This document shows, one piece after another, positions 15,440 to 25,159 of a DNA stretch of 32,605 nucleotides. The stretch is taken from NCBI GenBank assembly GCA_040900215.1, contig JBBDZL010000027.1, forward strand, positions 28,300 through 60,904, given 5' to 3'. The notes beneath the pieces are model-generated. The model was not told where the DNA came from. It was given only the letters and a program-made list of their open reading frames with translations, and did no database searches. Origin of the DNA: Patescibacteria group bacterium. GTDB taxonomy: Bacteria; Patescibacteriota; WWE3; 9FT-COMBO-53-11. The position numbers were made by a program, and so were the translations under genes. Numbering within the stretch: position 1 is the first letter of the stretch; the number at the start of each line of letters is the position of its first letter.

Positions 15440-16534
15440 ATGGCCCTATATGAATTCGCCGCTACGGTCCGACGGGGAATCATCTATCTGGCGCTGGGAA
15501 TCGCCGCCCTAATTGTCCTGTATTTTCTCTACAAACTGGCAGTTAATATCTACTTAACCATCAACCCCCCGCCCGAACCGCCCCCCACCGTTGGGTTTGG
15601 CAAACTGCCCGAACTAAGACTCCCTTCCTTGGAAGTCAAGGGAGATCCAACCTATATCCTGGAAACTCCGACCGGCGCCCTCCCCGAGTTTGATGACCGG
15701 GCCTCAGTAGTAGCGATGGTGCCGGTCCAACCCACACTTTTAGGAGAGCAGAAAGCCCGCGAGCTGGCGAATGAGCTGGATTTCGGGGGAGAGGGAGACT
15801 TGAGCGCGGATAAGAAATTCCTGACGTTCCGGGATTCGACCGATTCCCGCACGCTGGTCGTCAATGTCACCACCCAGAACTTTTCCCTCGCGACGAGTCT
15901 CGCCCGCATCAGCGGGCTCCAGAAGGGATCGGCCGCCACCGGAACGGAAGCGGTCAAAGAATCCCAAGAACTGCTATCCAGATTAGGGCGGCACAAATTC
16001 GGATTTGAGGCGGGCAATCAAACTACCTCGTTCCGAATCGCCAACTCGCAAGGGACGGCCGCCGCCGGCTCTCTCTCGGAAGCCCACTTCACCGAGGTGA
16101 ACTTCTTCCGCTCTCTCACCGAGATCGGCGACCAAAACTACCCCATCATGCCGGCCGATCCCAAGGTCGGCCTCATCCAAACTTGGATCACGACCGGCCT
16201 CAAGCCGGAGATCAATAACACCCTGGGAATTGTCTACAATGCCCAACAGACTGAGATTGACAAAACCAAAGTGGAAACGTACCCGCTAAGGAACGTAATG
16301 GACTCCTGGGAAGAAATAAAAGCCGGCCAAGGAACCGCCTACGTCGGTTCGACCGAGGACCTGCGCACCGTCCAAATCAATTCCATTACCCTAGCCTACT
16401 TCGATGACGCCGTTCACCAAGATTACCTGCAGCCGATCTACGTTTTCTCCGGCGTGGCTAAAACGGCCAGTAATAAGGAAGTGGAGTTTTTCGCCTACTC
16501 GCGAGCGGTCTCAAACTCGTGGATTGAGGAATAG
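15440..16534 (+). CDS. Hypothetical membrane-anchored protein (N-terminal TM helix, Pro-rich linker, about 300-aa extracytoplasmic domain)
   Basis: Long ORF matching the local composition. TM IIYLALGIAALIVLYFLY followed by PPPEPPP. No domain recognised. Confidence 0.7.
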   Translation: MALYEFAATVRRGIIYLALGIAALIVLYFLYKLAVNIYLTINPPPEPPPTVGFGKLPELRLPSLEVKGDPTYILETPTGALPEFDDRASVVAMVPVQPTLLGEQKARELANELDFGGEGDLSADKKFLTFRDSTDSRTLVVNVTTQNFSLATSLARISGLQKGSAATGTEAVKESQELLSRLGRHKFGFEAGNQTTSFRIANSQGTAAAGSLSEAHFTEVNFFRSLTEIGDQNYPIMPADPKVGLIQTWITTGLKPEINNTLGIVYNAQQTEIDKTKVETYPLRNVMDSWEEIKAGQGTAYVGSTEDLRTVQINSITLAYFDDAVHQDYLQPIYVFSGVAKTASNKEVEFFAYSRAVSNSWIEE

Positions 16535-16535
16535 A

Positions 16536-17900
16536 TTAAGCTAGCCGGCGGTCGACCCGGTTCATGTCCCGAGGGAAAAGGCTCGCCTCGCGAATGTTAG
16601 CAAGCCCCAAGATCTGCATCGTTACCCGTTCGGCCCCAATCGCAAACCCGCCGTGAGGCGGCATCCCGTACTTGAACGCTTCCAGATATAGTTCGAAGTC
16701 TTTCGGGTCGTTCCCCCACTTCTTGATATTAGCGACCAACTTGTCGTATTCGTGAATCCGCTGTCCGCCGGTCACCCACTCCAGCCCCCGCCCCAAGAGG
16801 TCAAAGCTTAGGGTAAATTCGGGATCCTCTGGATCGGGATGGGTGTAGAAAGGACGCTTGGCGGTCGGAAAATGGGTGATGAAAACCATCTCCGAACCGT
16901 GTTTTTTCTTCGCCCATTCGCAGATGTCTTTCTCGTCTTCGGGAGAGAGGTCAGGATCACCCTTTACGTCCCGACCAAACTCTTTGAAAATGATCTCCTG
17001 CGCCTCTCTCAGCTTCAACCGGGGAAAGGGGGATTTGTAGGTTGGGATTTCCGCCTGGTAAAGCGCCAATTCCCCTTTCGAACGCTCTCTAACACCCTCG
17101 AATATCCCCAAAATTACTTTCTCGGCTGTTGCCAAAACATCTCCCCAGCTTTCGATGAAACCCATCTCGCAATCAAGACTCACGTATTCCGACAGATGGC
17201 GCGTTGTCTCCGAGGGTTCGGCCCGAAAAGCTTTGGTTACAGTGAAGACCCGTTCAAAGACCCCCACCATAATCTGCTTGTAAAGTTGAGGACTTTGGCC
17301 CAAGTAGGCTTTCTTTTCGTAATAATCAACCGGAAAAACCTGCGCTCCTCCTTCCGTCACCGAAGGCACGATCGTCGGCGCTTGGAATTCCGTAAAGTCC
17401 ATCCCCTGCAATGAATTACGAAAAGAATCCACAATTGCTTCTTGAACTTTGAAAACCGCTTTTATTTTTGGGTGGCGCAGGGTCAAGGGACGATAGTCCA
17501 AAAGGGTCGGAAGCTCAACTCCCAAATCCTTTTTGGCGGTGTCGAAAGGAAGGGCCTGGGCGGCGGAGATCTTCGTCAATTTGGAAACCTTGACCTCCAC
17601 TTTCCCGGTCGCAAGATCGGGATTAATATTCTTCTTCTCCCTTTCCTTTAGTTCCCCTTCCGCCTCGATCACATCCTGAACCCGGAGATCCTTAGCTTCC
17701 GCCCCGCAAACGAGCTGAATAATCCCGGTCCGGTCAATCAAATCGATAAAAACCAACTTGCCGTGGTCGCGGCGATTGAAAACCCAACCGGCGAGGCGCA
17801 CTTCTTTTCCGATTTTCTTGGTGGTTTCGGCGGCGAGAGTTCTTTCCACGCTCTTATGATACGCGACTCCGAGTGGCTTTCTCAATTTCGGAGCGGGCAT
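16536..17900 (-). CDS. aspS: Aspartyl-tRNA synthetase, archaeal/eukaryal-like (class IIb)
   Basis: OB-fold VRLAGWVFNRRDHGKLVFIDL, then QSPQLYKQ, FRAEPSETTRHLSEYVSLDCEM and GGFAIGAERV...NIREASLFPRD. The start is uncertain: TTG 17915 (track), ATG 17900, or GTG 17849 (no overlap with rel). Confidence 0.88.
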   Translation of the reverse strand: MPAPKLRKPLGVAYHKSVERTLAAETTKKIGKEVRLAGWVFNRRDHGKLVFIDLIDRTGIIQLVCGAEAKDLRVQDVIEAEGELKEREKKNINPDLATGKVEVKVSKLTKISAAQALPFDTAKKDLGVELPTLLDYRPLTLRHPKIKAVFKVQEAIVDSFRNSLQGMDFTEFQAPTIVPSVTEGGAQVFPVDYYEKKAYLGQSPQLYKQIMVGVFERVFTVTKAFRAEPSETTRHLSEYVSLDCEMGFIESWGDVLATAEKVILGIFEGVRERSKGELALYQAEIPTYKSPFPRLKLREAQEIIFKEFGRDVKGDPDLSPEDEKDICEWAKKKHGSEMVFITHFPTAKRPFYTHPDPEDPEFTLSFDLLGRGLEWVTGGQRIHEYDKLVANIKKWGNDPKDFELYLEAFKYGMPPHGGFAIGAERVTMQILGLANIREASLFPRDMNRVDRRLA

Positions 17901-19266
17901 GTTCGGTTTTGACAAAGCGCAGCCAATCCACCGAAGGCTTCTTACCTTTGGCGATCATAATCTCCACAACCTCGCCGGTCCGCAAAGGGTAGTTCAAGGA
18001 AACCGCTTTCCCGTTCGCCTTGGCGCCGGCGCACTCCCGGCCGATCTGGGTGTGAACCGCGAAGGCGAAATCCACCGGAGTGGCGCCCTTGGGCAAAACC
18101 TTAACATCCCCCTTGGGCGTAAACACAAAGACCTGTTCGGGAAAGAGCTCCAAGTTCTGGCCCTTGCCCCAATCCAGCAGCGACTCAACCATCCGGATCC
18201 TCTCGCCGGCGGCCAGGTGCCGGTCGCCCTTCTCTTTATAAATAGAATGGGCGGCCAAGCCGTACTCCGCCGCCTCGTGCATTTCCCGCGTCCGGATCTG
18301 AATCTCCACCAGCTGGCCATCGGCTTCAAAGACGGCGTGAACCGACCGGTAGCCGTTCGATTTGGGGCGGGCGATGTAGTCGTCAAAGAACTCGGGAACT
18401 TCCTTCCAGTTTTTCCGGGCTAGGTCCAAAATCCGGTAGCAATTTTCTACCGTGTCCGTAATTACCCGCAGCCCGAGAACGTCAAACATTTTCCCGCGAG
18501 CCCGGCTCTCGTAGCGCGGCAGCTTGCGGTAGACACCGAAGAGGTGCTTGGTCCGATCGGTAACCGATCCGGAAATCTTTTGGGCGGCCAGGTCGGCGGA
18601 AAGCTTTCGGGAAACGAGCTTCACCACCCGTTCCATCTTCTCGCTCTCGCGGCGCACCTCGCTTTTGATCTTGGCAAAATCCTGGGGGTGAAGAATTTCA
18701 AAGGACAAATCCTCCATCTCGGACTTGAAGCGATAGAGGCCCAAGATCTCTGCCAGAGGGGCCCAGATATCAAAAACCTTTTGGGCGGAGATCCGGCGTT
18801 CTTCTTCCGCTAGAATTGCCGAGGTGCGCAGGTTGTGGATCTTGTCTGCGATCCGGATCACCAAAACCCGCGGATCGTGAATTGAAGCGAGGATGAGGTG
18901 GCGCAGATTCTCCCAGTTCCGGCCTTTGCCTGCTTCCGATCGACCGCTCGCCGCCCGCACTACCGTCATGCCGTCCACCAGCGCCGCCACCTCTTCCCCA
19001 AACTCTTTCTCCAGCATCGCCCGATCGACATCACTCAACTCCAGGATGTCGTGGAGAAGAGCCGCCGCCAGCGTGACCGAGTCCGCCCGGTAGTCGGCCA
19101 GATAGTCGGTGGTTTGAAGCAGGTGGGTGAGTTCCTCTTCGCCGTTGAGGCGCTTCTGGCCCAGGTGGGCGACATCCGCAAAGGCGTAGGCCCGGCGGAT
19201 CAAATCCAAATCCGCCTCCCGCTCGTATTCCCGGTGTTTTTGTAAGATGGTCTCCAAATTCAACAT
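17854..19266 (-). CDS. Short Rel/RSH (p)ppGpp synthetase/hydrolase: HD + synthetase + TGS domains, no C-terminal regulatory half
   Basis: HD domain (AALLHDILE), synthetase (GYRSVHAVFEADGQLVEIQIRTREMH) and TGS (VFVFTPKGDVKVLPKGATPVDFAFAVHTQIG). 470 aa. Confidence 0.9.
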   Translation of the reverse strand: MLNLETILQKHREYEREADLDLIRRAYAFADVAHLGQKRLNGEEELTHLLQTTDYLADYRADSVTLAAALLHDILELSDVDRAMLEKEFGEEVAALVDGMTVVRAASGRSEAGKGRNWENLRHLILASIHDPRVLVIRIADKIHNLRTSAILAEEERRISAQKVFDIWAPLAEILGLYRFKSEMEDLSFEILHPQDFAKIKSEVRRESEKMERVVKLVSRKLSADLAAQKISGSVTDRTKHLFGVYRKLPRYESRARGKMFDVLGLRVITDTVENCYRILDLARKNWKEVPEFFDDYIARPKSNGYRSVHAVFEADGQLVEIQIRTREMHEAAEYGLAAHSIYKEKGDRHLAAGERIRMVESLLDWGKGQNLELFPEQVFVFTPKGDVKVLPKGATPVDFAFAVHTQIGRECAGAKANGKAVSLNYPLRTGEVVEIMIAKGKKPSVDWLRFVKTEHARSEIEKATRSRVS

Positions 19267-19277
19267 CTAACGCTAGA

Positions 19278-20903
19278 TTAGCAAGATAGTTTCATATCCC
19301 GCGCTTTGAGGACGATCCCCTCTCGGCCGTTCCAGCGATCAAGCTGGGGAGTGTAGGCGAAATCAATTTTCTGGCCGCGCTCCAGCGATTGGGAGGCGTT
19401 GAACCACAGAACTTCGAAGGACGGCGCCACTCCCAGCTTGAGATGATTCTTCCCCCGACCGACTTTCCTAACCTGCTGAACCTCAACCCCCTCCGCCAAA
19501 AAGAGGGAATCGGGGTTGCCGACCCCGTGGGGCGCAAACTTCCGGAGCTCATTTACTAGCTTCTGATCAACCCTATCCAAGGAGAGGCGGGCATCAATCT
19601 TAAGTAGAGGCTGAGGATCCAATTTCTCCAGCAGCGGGGCGGCGTTTTGGCGGACCCGTTTGACAAACTTTTCCAGATTTTCGGTCCGGATCGTAAAGCC
19701 GGCGGCGGCGGCGTGGCCGCCGACGTCTTCCAGAAGATCTTCCTCGGCCCGCAGGACGTCGACAATATTCAAGCCGTTGACGGAACGGGCCGAACCCTTA
19801 GAAAAATCTTTCCCCTGGGAAACCACGATCGCCGGCCGGCCGTACTCCTCCGCGATCCGACCCGCGACCAAACCAATAATCCCCTCGTGCCAGGAGTCGT
19901 GGTAAACCACGATCAGGCCGTCGCCTTCCTCCACCAGTCCCTTGGCATGGTCGAAAGTGTGGACCGTCATCGCCTGGCGCTCGGTGTTGGCTTGATTGAG
20001 AACCTGGGCCAGTTGAAACGCTTGGGTGCGATTCGAGGTACAGAGGAGGCGAAGAGCTTCAATCCCGTGCTTGATCCGGCCGATGGCATTGATCCGCGGC
20101 CCCAACACCCAGCCCGCGGCAAAGCTGTCCAGCTCCCCCTTAAAACCGGCAACCTCCGCCAGCGCCGCCAAGCCGGGACGCTCCCGCCGGTTCAGCACCT
20201 CAAAACCGGCCTTTACCAAAGCCCGGTTCGCCCCCAAAAGAGGCTGGAGATCGGCGATCGTGGCGATGGCCACCAGATCTAGTTGTTTGGTTATTTGGTT
20301 TTCTGGTTGTTTGGAGAGATGGGAAGCTAAGAGCCAGGCGATGCCGGTTCCACAGAGGGCGGTGGTGTGGACGATCGCCGCCGCCGCCGGCAGTTTCTCG
20401 GGTTTTAGGTGGTGGTCGGTGATGATTAGATCCATCCCCAGCTCCCGCGCCAGCTCGGCTTCCTCGACCGCCGTGATGCCGGAATCCACCGTCACGATCA
20501 AGCGGCAGCCTTCTGCCGATAGTTTCTTAATCCCGGCCGCATTTAACCCGTATCCTTCTTGGAACCGGTCCGGGATATGGGGCAAAGCATTCGCCCCCAA
20601 TCCGTAAATGGTTTGCCAAAGAACGGCCGCAGCGCAGACCCCATCCACATCGTAGTCCCCCCAAACGATGATCTTCTCCTTATTTTCGATGGCCGCTTGA
20701 ATCCGGGAAACGGCTTGATCGAGTTGTCCTTTGTCAAGATCCGGGAAAAAATTATCTAATTGATTAATGAGTTCGTTAGGAGAAGGGGGATTAAAGAAAT
20801 CTTCGGGATCCTTGATACCCCGGTTCTCCAGCAGGATCTCTACTAACTGTTCTCTACTCTCTACTCTCTGTTCATTAATGAGTTCCCAACGCTTCTCGAT
20901 CAT
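19278..20903 (-). CDS. recJ: Single-stranded-DNA-specific exonuclease RecJ
   Basis: DHH family motifs (WGDYDVDGVCAA, TVDSG, ITDHH) and a DHHA1-type GGHAAAAG. The start at 20903 (MIEKRW...) gives an ATGA overlap with secF. The track extension to 21035 overlaps secF. Confidence 0.9.
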   Translation of the reverse strand: MIEKRWELINEQRVESREQLVEILLENRGIKDPEDFFNPPSPNELINQLDNFFPDLDKGQLDQAVSRIQAAIENKEKIIVWGDYDVDGVCAAAVLWQTIYGLGANALPHIPDRFQEGYGLNAAGIKKLSAEGCRLIVTVDSGITAVEEAELARELGMDLIITDHHLKPEKLPAAAAIVHTTALCGTGIAWLLASHLSKQPENQITKQLDLVAIATIADLQPLLGANRALVKAGFEVLNRRERPGLAALAEVAGFKGELDSFAAGWVLGPRINAIGRIKHGIEALRLLCTSNRTQAFQLAQVLNQANTERQAMTVHTFDHAKGLVEEGDGLIVVYHDSWHEGIIGLVAGRIAEEYGRPAIVVSQGKDFSKGSARSVNGLNIVDVLRAEEDLLEDVGGHAAAAGFTIRTENLEKFVKRVRQNAAPLLEKLDPQPLLKIDARLSLDRVDQKLVNELRKFAPHGVGNPDSLFLAEGVEVQQVRKVGRGKNHLKLGVAPSFEVLWFNASQSLERGQKIDFAYTPQLDRWNGREGIVLKARDMKLSC

Positions 20904-21799
20904 CCCAAACGGAGAATCCCCCGCCAACCGTGCTTGATCGAAAGCTTGTGCCAGACCACCAAGAGCGGCGCCGCATTGAAGGTCGAGGAGTAGGTCCCCG
21001 AAACCGTTCCCACCAAGAGAGCCAGGACGAACCACTTCAAGGTTTCCCCACCCAAGAAGAACAGCGCCAGGAGCATAAAAACAATCGTTAGCGAGTTGTT
21101 GAGGGAACGCACCAGCGTCTCCCCCACCGCCTGGTCCACTGCCTCCTCCAATCCGAGGCGGGAGATCCGCCGGATCTCCCGGATCCGATCAAAAACCACG
21201 ATCGTGTCGTGGACCGAGAAAGAGAGCGTGGTCAGGACCGCCGTGACGAACAGCGTTCCCACTTCCACTCCCGCGAAACGGCCCAGCAGGGAGAAAACCC
21301 CGAACAGGATCAGGGTATCGTGGAGCATCGCGAGAATCGCTGTCGCGCCGAAAGCCAAATTCTTAAACCGGTAGGCCACGTAGAGCAGGATCGCCAGGGT
21401 TGCCAAGACCACCGCCAGCAAGGCTTTGCGGAGCAGTTCCTCTCCCAACCGGGGGCCCAGGGTTTCAAAGCGGACCTCGGTAAATTCTCCGGCCGCGGCT
21501 TCGATTTTTGGGGAAAGCTCCACCCGCTGGGTGGAACTCAAAGGAACAGTTCGAATCAAGAATTGATTCTCCCCGGAAGACTGCACCTCCACCGCGAGAC
21601 TCTCTTTTTCAAAGACTCCCTGGATTTCGCTGCTGACTGCTGGCTGCTGACTGCTGACTAGTTGTATTTCCCACAGCGTCCCGCCGGTGAAATCGACCGA
21701 AGGTTTAAGGCCGAAGAGAGACAATGAGATTACCCCCGGCAAAATCACCGCTAAGGAAACCAAGAAAAATATCGCTTTGTATTTCATAAACTTCAACAT
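20900..21799 (-). CDS. secF: Protein translocase subunit SecF
   Basis: 299 aa with six-TM SecF topology. Motifs GLKPSVDFTGGT and DTIVVFDRIRE. Confidence 0.9.
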   Translation of the reverse strand: MLKFMKYKAIFFLVSLAVILPGVISLSLFGLKPSVDFTGGTLWEIQLVSSQQPAVSSEIQGVFEKESLAVEVQSSGENQFLIRTVPLSSTQRVELSPKIEAAAGEFTEVRFETLGPRLGEELLRKALLAVVLATLAILLYVAYRFKNLAFGATAILAMLHDTLILFGVFSLLGRFAGVEVGTLFVTAVLTTLSFSVHDTIVVFDRIREIRRISRLGLEEAVDQAVGETLVRSLNNSLTIVFMLLALFFLGGETLKWFVLALLVGTVSGTYSSTFNAAPLLVVWHKLSIKHGWRGILRLG

Positions 21800-21800
21800 C

Positions 21801-23063
21801 TTAGCGATAAAAAACCCGCACCAGCGTCCGCGTCACCAAAACTCCCGTGAAAAGCGAAATCAAAACTCCCAGCCCGAGAGTCAGCGCAAAGCCCCGGACC
21901 ATCCCGGAAGTCACCAGGAAAGACCAATTGAAAGGGTTGAACAGGATGAAGACCGTTATCAGGGTGGCGAGGTTGGCGTCCCGGATTGAATCCCAAGCCC
22001 GGCCGAAACCCAGCTCCATCGCCGTCTTGAGATCCTTCCCCCACCGCTGCTCTTCCTTGATCCGCTCAAAGACCAGAATGTTGGCATCCACCGCCATCCC
22101 AACCGAAAGGATAAAGCCCGCAATTCCCGAGAGAGTCAGCGTCACCGGCACCAGCTTATAAATTGCCAAAGTCAGAATGCTGTAAATAGCGAGCGCCGCC
22201 GCCGCCAAGATCCCCAACCGGCCGTAATTGCCCAGCATAAAGAAAATTACCAGCGCCAAGCCGAGCAGGCCGGCCACCACGCTTTTCTGAAGCTGCTCCA
22301 TCCCTAAGGTCGGGCCGATTTGCCTTCTCTCCAGAACCGAGATCGGCGTCGGCAGGGCCCCGGCGTTCAGCTGTGCCACAAAGAGACGGGCTTCCGCCAG
22401 CGAAAACGAACCGGTGATCACCGCGCTGCCGCCGGATATTTTACCCTCGACGGTCGGCGCCGAGAGAAGCGCCTGGTCCAAGAAAATAGCTAGCGGCTGG
22501 CCGATGTTGCGGGCGGTGATCTCTTCGAATTTAAGCGCCCCTTCGGCAGTGAAAACCAAACCGATCTGGGGATTGCCGGTGGTGCTGTCGAATTGCAGTT
22601 CGGCCCTCGTCAAGTCTTTGCCGGTTAAGCCGGTCGGAGTAAAGCTTTCCCCCTCGCGAAAGTCTAATTGGGCGGTGGACCCCAAAAGAGCCAGCGCCTG
22701 CTCGGTGTCGGTCACCCCCGGCAGTTCGATTAGAATTCGATAGGATTCTCCCAGCCGAGAGGTTTGGACCGTCGGTTCCGCCACGCCCAGGAAATCCACC
22801 CGCCGTTCCACCACCGCCCGGGCGCTCTCCAGCGCCTGGGCCCGCTCCGATTCCGGAACCGCCGCCATGTCGGCCTCCAAAACCAGCTGCAAGCCTCCCT
22901 GCAGATCAAGCCCCCGGCGCAGCGTGAAATCGTAGGGAAAACTCCGGCCCAATACCCGGACTTCGCCTTTTCCGTTCCAAAGAAAACCGCCCGCCGCCGG
23001 AATGGCTGCCAAGAGAGTCAAAAAAATAACCAGCAGAAGAACTCGAAAGGGAGTAAATTTCAT
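21801..23063 (-). CDS. secD: Protein translocase subunit SecD
   Basis: 420 aa. Motifs LGLDLQGG-like RRGLDLQGG, IGPTLG and MAVDANILVFERIKEE. Sits immediately upstream of secF. Confidence 0.9.
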   Translation of the reverse strand: MKFTPFRVLLLVIFLTLLAAIPAAGGFLWNGKGEVRVLGRSFPYDFTLRRGLDLQGGLQLVLEADMAAVPESERAQALESARAVVERRVDFLGVAEPTVQTSRLGESYRILIELPGVTDTEQALALLGSTAQLDFREGESFTPTGLTGKDLTRAELQFDSTTGNPQIGLVFTAEGALKFEEITARNIGQPLAIFLDQALLSAPTVEGKISGGSAVITGSFSLAEARLFVAQLNAGALPTPISVLERRQIGPTLGMEQLQKSVVAGLLGLALVIFFMLGNYGRLGILAAAALAIYSILTLAIYKLVPVTLTLSGIAGFILSVGMAVDANILVFERIKEEQRWGKDLKTAMELGFGRAWDSIRDANLATLITVFILFNPFNWSFLVTSGMVRGFALTLGLGVLISLFTGVLVTRTLVRVFYR

Positions 23064-23245
23064 TGTTTCTTTTCAACCGCCAATGGGAGCTGCCGAGCCG
23101 AGGGGAAACGGAAGGTAATTTCGCTCCTGACGTAATTAACCCCCACCTCCACCGGATCACCGATTTTCAAATTTAAGGCTTGAATGAATTCCGAGGGCAA
23201 AGTAACGGCCGCCGAATTTCCCGTCTGAATAATTTTCTTAGCCAT
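23060..23245 (-). CDS. AbrB/MazE/SpoVT-type (antitoxin-like) small DNA-binding protein
   Basis: 61 aa. IIQTGNSAAVTLPSEFIQALNLKIGDPVEV is the swapped-hairpin SpoVT-AbrB motif. The stop overlaps the secD start by 4 nt. Confidence 0.7.
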   Translation of the reverse strand: MAKKIIQTGNSAAVTLPSEFIQALNLKIGDPVEVGVNYVRSEITFRFPSARQLPLAVEKKQ

Positions 23246-23271
23246 CGCCCCAATGATATCAGGACGGCTCG

Positions 23272-23931
23272 CTAAAGCGATAAGTAACTGTCCGCCCCGG
23301 TGGTTAGGACCACTTTGGGCTGCAGCAGCGCATTGATGATGAGCGGATCCCGGCGCTTCTTGAGCTCTTCAAACTCTTTTTCAGAGAGAACCGCGTAATT
23401 GATCTCATTCCCCCGGTGCTTCTCCTCCTCCTTGACGATGCCGGAGATTTTTGTCACCGGAATTCGGCCGACGACCAGAATGTCGATTTCCTCCGGCCCC
23501 GCCGCCCTTCCCAGCAGGAAGGGAATGGAAACAAAAGCAAATTTGATCTCGCGGTTGTTCCGGCCTACCAGCGCCTTCCCGATGCCCTCCTCCTTAACCA
23601 AAAGGCCTAGGATTTCACTCAGCAGGGGGAAATCGTGGCGCAGCTGGTAATAGATCCGGTTCTTCTGGGGGCTGGGCTGCAGCATCCCCAATCCGGTCAG
23701 GTTTCCCAGCTCCCGCCGCACCGCATTGATTTCGGTCCCGACTTGGCGCGTAATTTCGCGCACGTGGTACGAAACCGCCGGCCGCAGCAGGAAGAGCTTG
23801 AGAATATCCACCCGCACCTGGGAAACGAAGAGTTTCTTCAGCGTTCCCGCTGCCGACACCAGATTTCGCGACCCGGCGCGGGCTCGGCGTACCGTTCTCC
23901 TTATTTTTCGACCCGGTTTAATTAAAGCCAT
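23272..23931 (-). CDS. Winged-helix (ArsR-like) regulator fused to a nucleotidyltransferase-fold (MNT-like) domain
   Basis: N-terminus RVDILKLFLL...YHVREITRQVGTEINAVRRELGNLTGLGML...RIYYQL is a wHTH. C-terminus LLGRAAGPEEIDILVVG resembles the G-x-x-x-G...D-x-D-LLV minimal NTase motif. Confidence 0.6.
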   Translation of the reverse strand: MALIKPGRKIRRTVRRARAGSRNLVSAAGTLKKLFVSQVRVDILKLFLLRPAVSYHVREITRQVGTEINAVRRELGNLTGLGMLQPSPQKNRIYYQLRHDFPLLSEILGLLVKEEGIGKALVGRNNREIKFAFVSIPFLLGRAAGPEEIDILVVGRIPVTKISGIVKEEEKHRGNEINYAVLSEKEFEELKKRRDPLIINALLQPKVVLTTGADSYLSL

Positions 23932-23947
23932 TAATTTTCACCCCCCT

Positions 23948-25084
23948 TCACTTTGGAACGATCTCGATCCAAGTCAAACCTCGATTAAAGCTGATTTCGT
24001 TGTTAGTACCGCGCCGATAAAACTTCATCCGCGAAGAGAGGGAGGAACGCTTCCAAGTCGCCAGGATCTTAGTGCCGTCCAGATAGACTTCGGCATTACC
24101 CTGCCCAATGATGGTGTAGAGGCGGTGGCCGGTCCCATCCCCGGCCGAGACATCGGTCATGTAGGCGAGGACTACGTTCTGGGCGGAGAGTTGCTGTTTC
24201 GTCGCCTGGTCGAGGTGTTTTTTCCCGCCCTGGAATCTTAGATAGGAGTTCGTAATCGGATCGTATCGCCATTCCCCCGCGTAAGAGGACGGGTAGCTCC
24301 AAAACTTAAAGGAAATCTTTTGGGAAGCGGGCCGATCGGCGTAAGGCGCGTCGGCCTTGAAAGCCCACTGCGAAAAATCGGGCAACTTATTGGTTCCCGG
24401 ATAGAGCGCTTCTCCCGCCTGCCAAAGCTTGCTGGTTGAGGTGTACTTGATGTTGGAGAGCGTCACGCCGTTGGAGAGCTTGACTTTCCCGCCGGAGGCG
24501 AAGGTGGCCTCCCCCAGCCGAAATTGGTCCAGGTCCAGCACCCCGTGAGCGGGAATGTAGGAATGGATGTTGGCCGGCCCAGGCGTCCCCGCGCCGCCGA
24601 CATGGGCGTAGTAGGCCGGAAACTCTAACGACCAACCGATGTAGTAGACGCGGGCGGAGCGGACAGGGCCGAGCTTGGCCACCGCCTGATCGTGGAAGAC
24701 CGCCAGAAAGCGGGTGATCCCGCCCTCGGCGACGGCTTCGTAGATCAAAACGGCTTTCTGCAGTCCGAATTGGTGAGGGCGGGCTAGTTCGTGGTTGTCA
24801 ATCATCACTGCCAACGGCCGCTGATCCTGCCAAGAATCCGCCTCCTCTTCCGAGTAAAAAACTCCCCGGAGGGGACCGGTGATCTCCCGAATAGTCTCGT
24901 CCGCCAAAACGACATCCGACTCTCCATCGGAACTGCCTAAGGGATTAATAATCGGGATGGAAAGGTAATCGGCCAGGAAGAATGATCCAACGCCAGCCCC
25001 GAAAACAAAAAGAAACCAAGCGGTTAAGAAAATCCCGCGGCGGCGGCTCTTGAAAAATTTACTCAATCGGATGCGCAAGTTCAT
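23948..25084 (-). CDS. DUF3048 (YerB-like) secreted/membrane-anchored protein
   Basis: RPLAVMIDNHELARPHQFGLQKAVLIYEAVAEGGITRFLAVFH...GPVRSARVYY is the DUF3048 signature. The start at 25084 (MNLRIRLSKFF..., followed by a TM helix) is preferred over the track start at 25231. Confidence 0.8.
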   Translation of the reverse strand: MNLRIRLSKFFKSRRRGIFLTAWFLFVFGAGVGSFFLADYLSIPIINPLGSSDGESDVVLADETIREITGPLRGVFYSEEEADSWQDQRPLAVMIDNHELARPHQFGLQKAVLIYEAVAEGGITRFLAVFHDQAVAKLGPVRSARVYYIGWSLEFPAYYAHVGGAGTPGPANIHSYIPAHGVLDLDQFRLGEATFASGGKVKLSNGVTLSNIKYTSTSKLWQAGEALYPGTNKLPDFSQWAFKADAPYADRPASQKISFKFWSYPSSYAGEWRYDPITNSYLRFQGGKKHLDQATKQQLSAQNVVLAYMTDVSAGDGTGHRLYTIIGQGNAEVYLDGTKILATWKRSSLSSRMKFYRRGTNNEISFNRGLTWIEIVPK

Positions 25085-25159
25085 TACCCAATTTATCAGA
25101 AATGATAAGAGATAAGCAAGAAGAAATAAGATATCGGAGAAATCGATTATAATGGGAGC

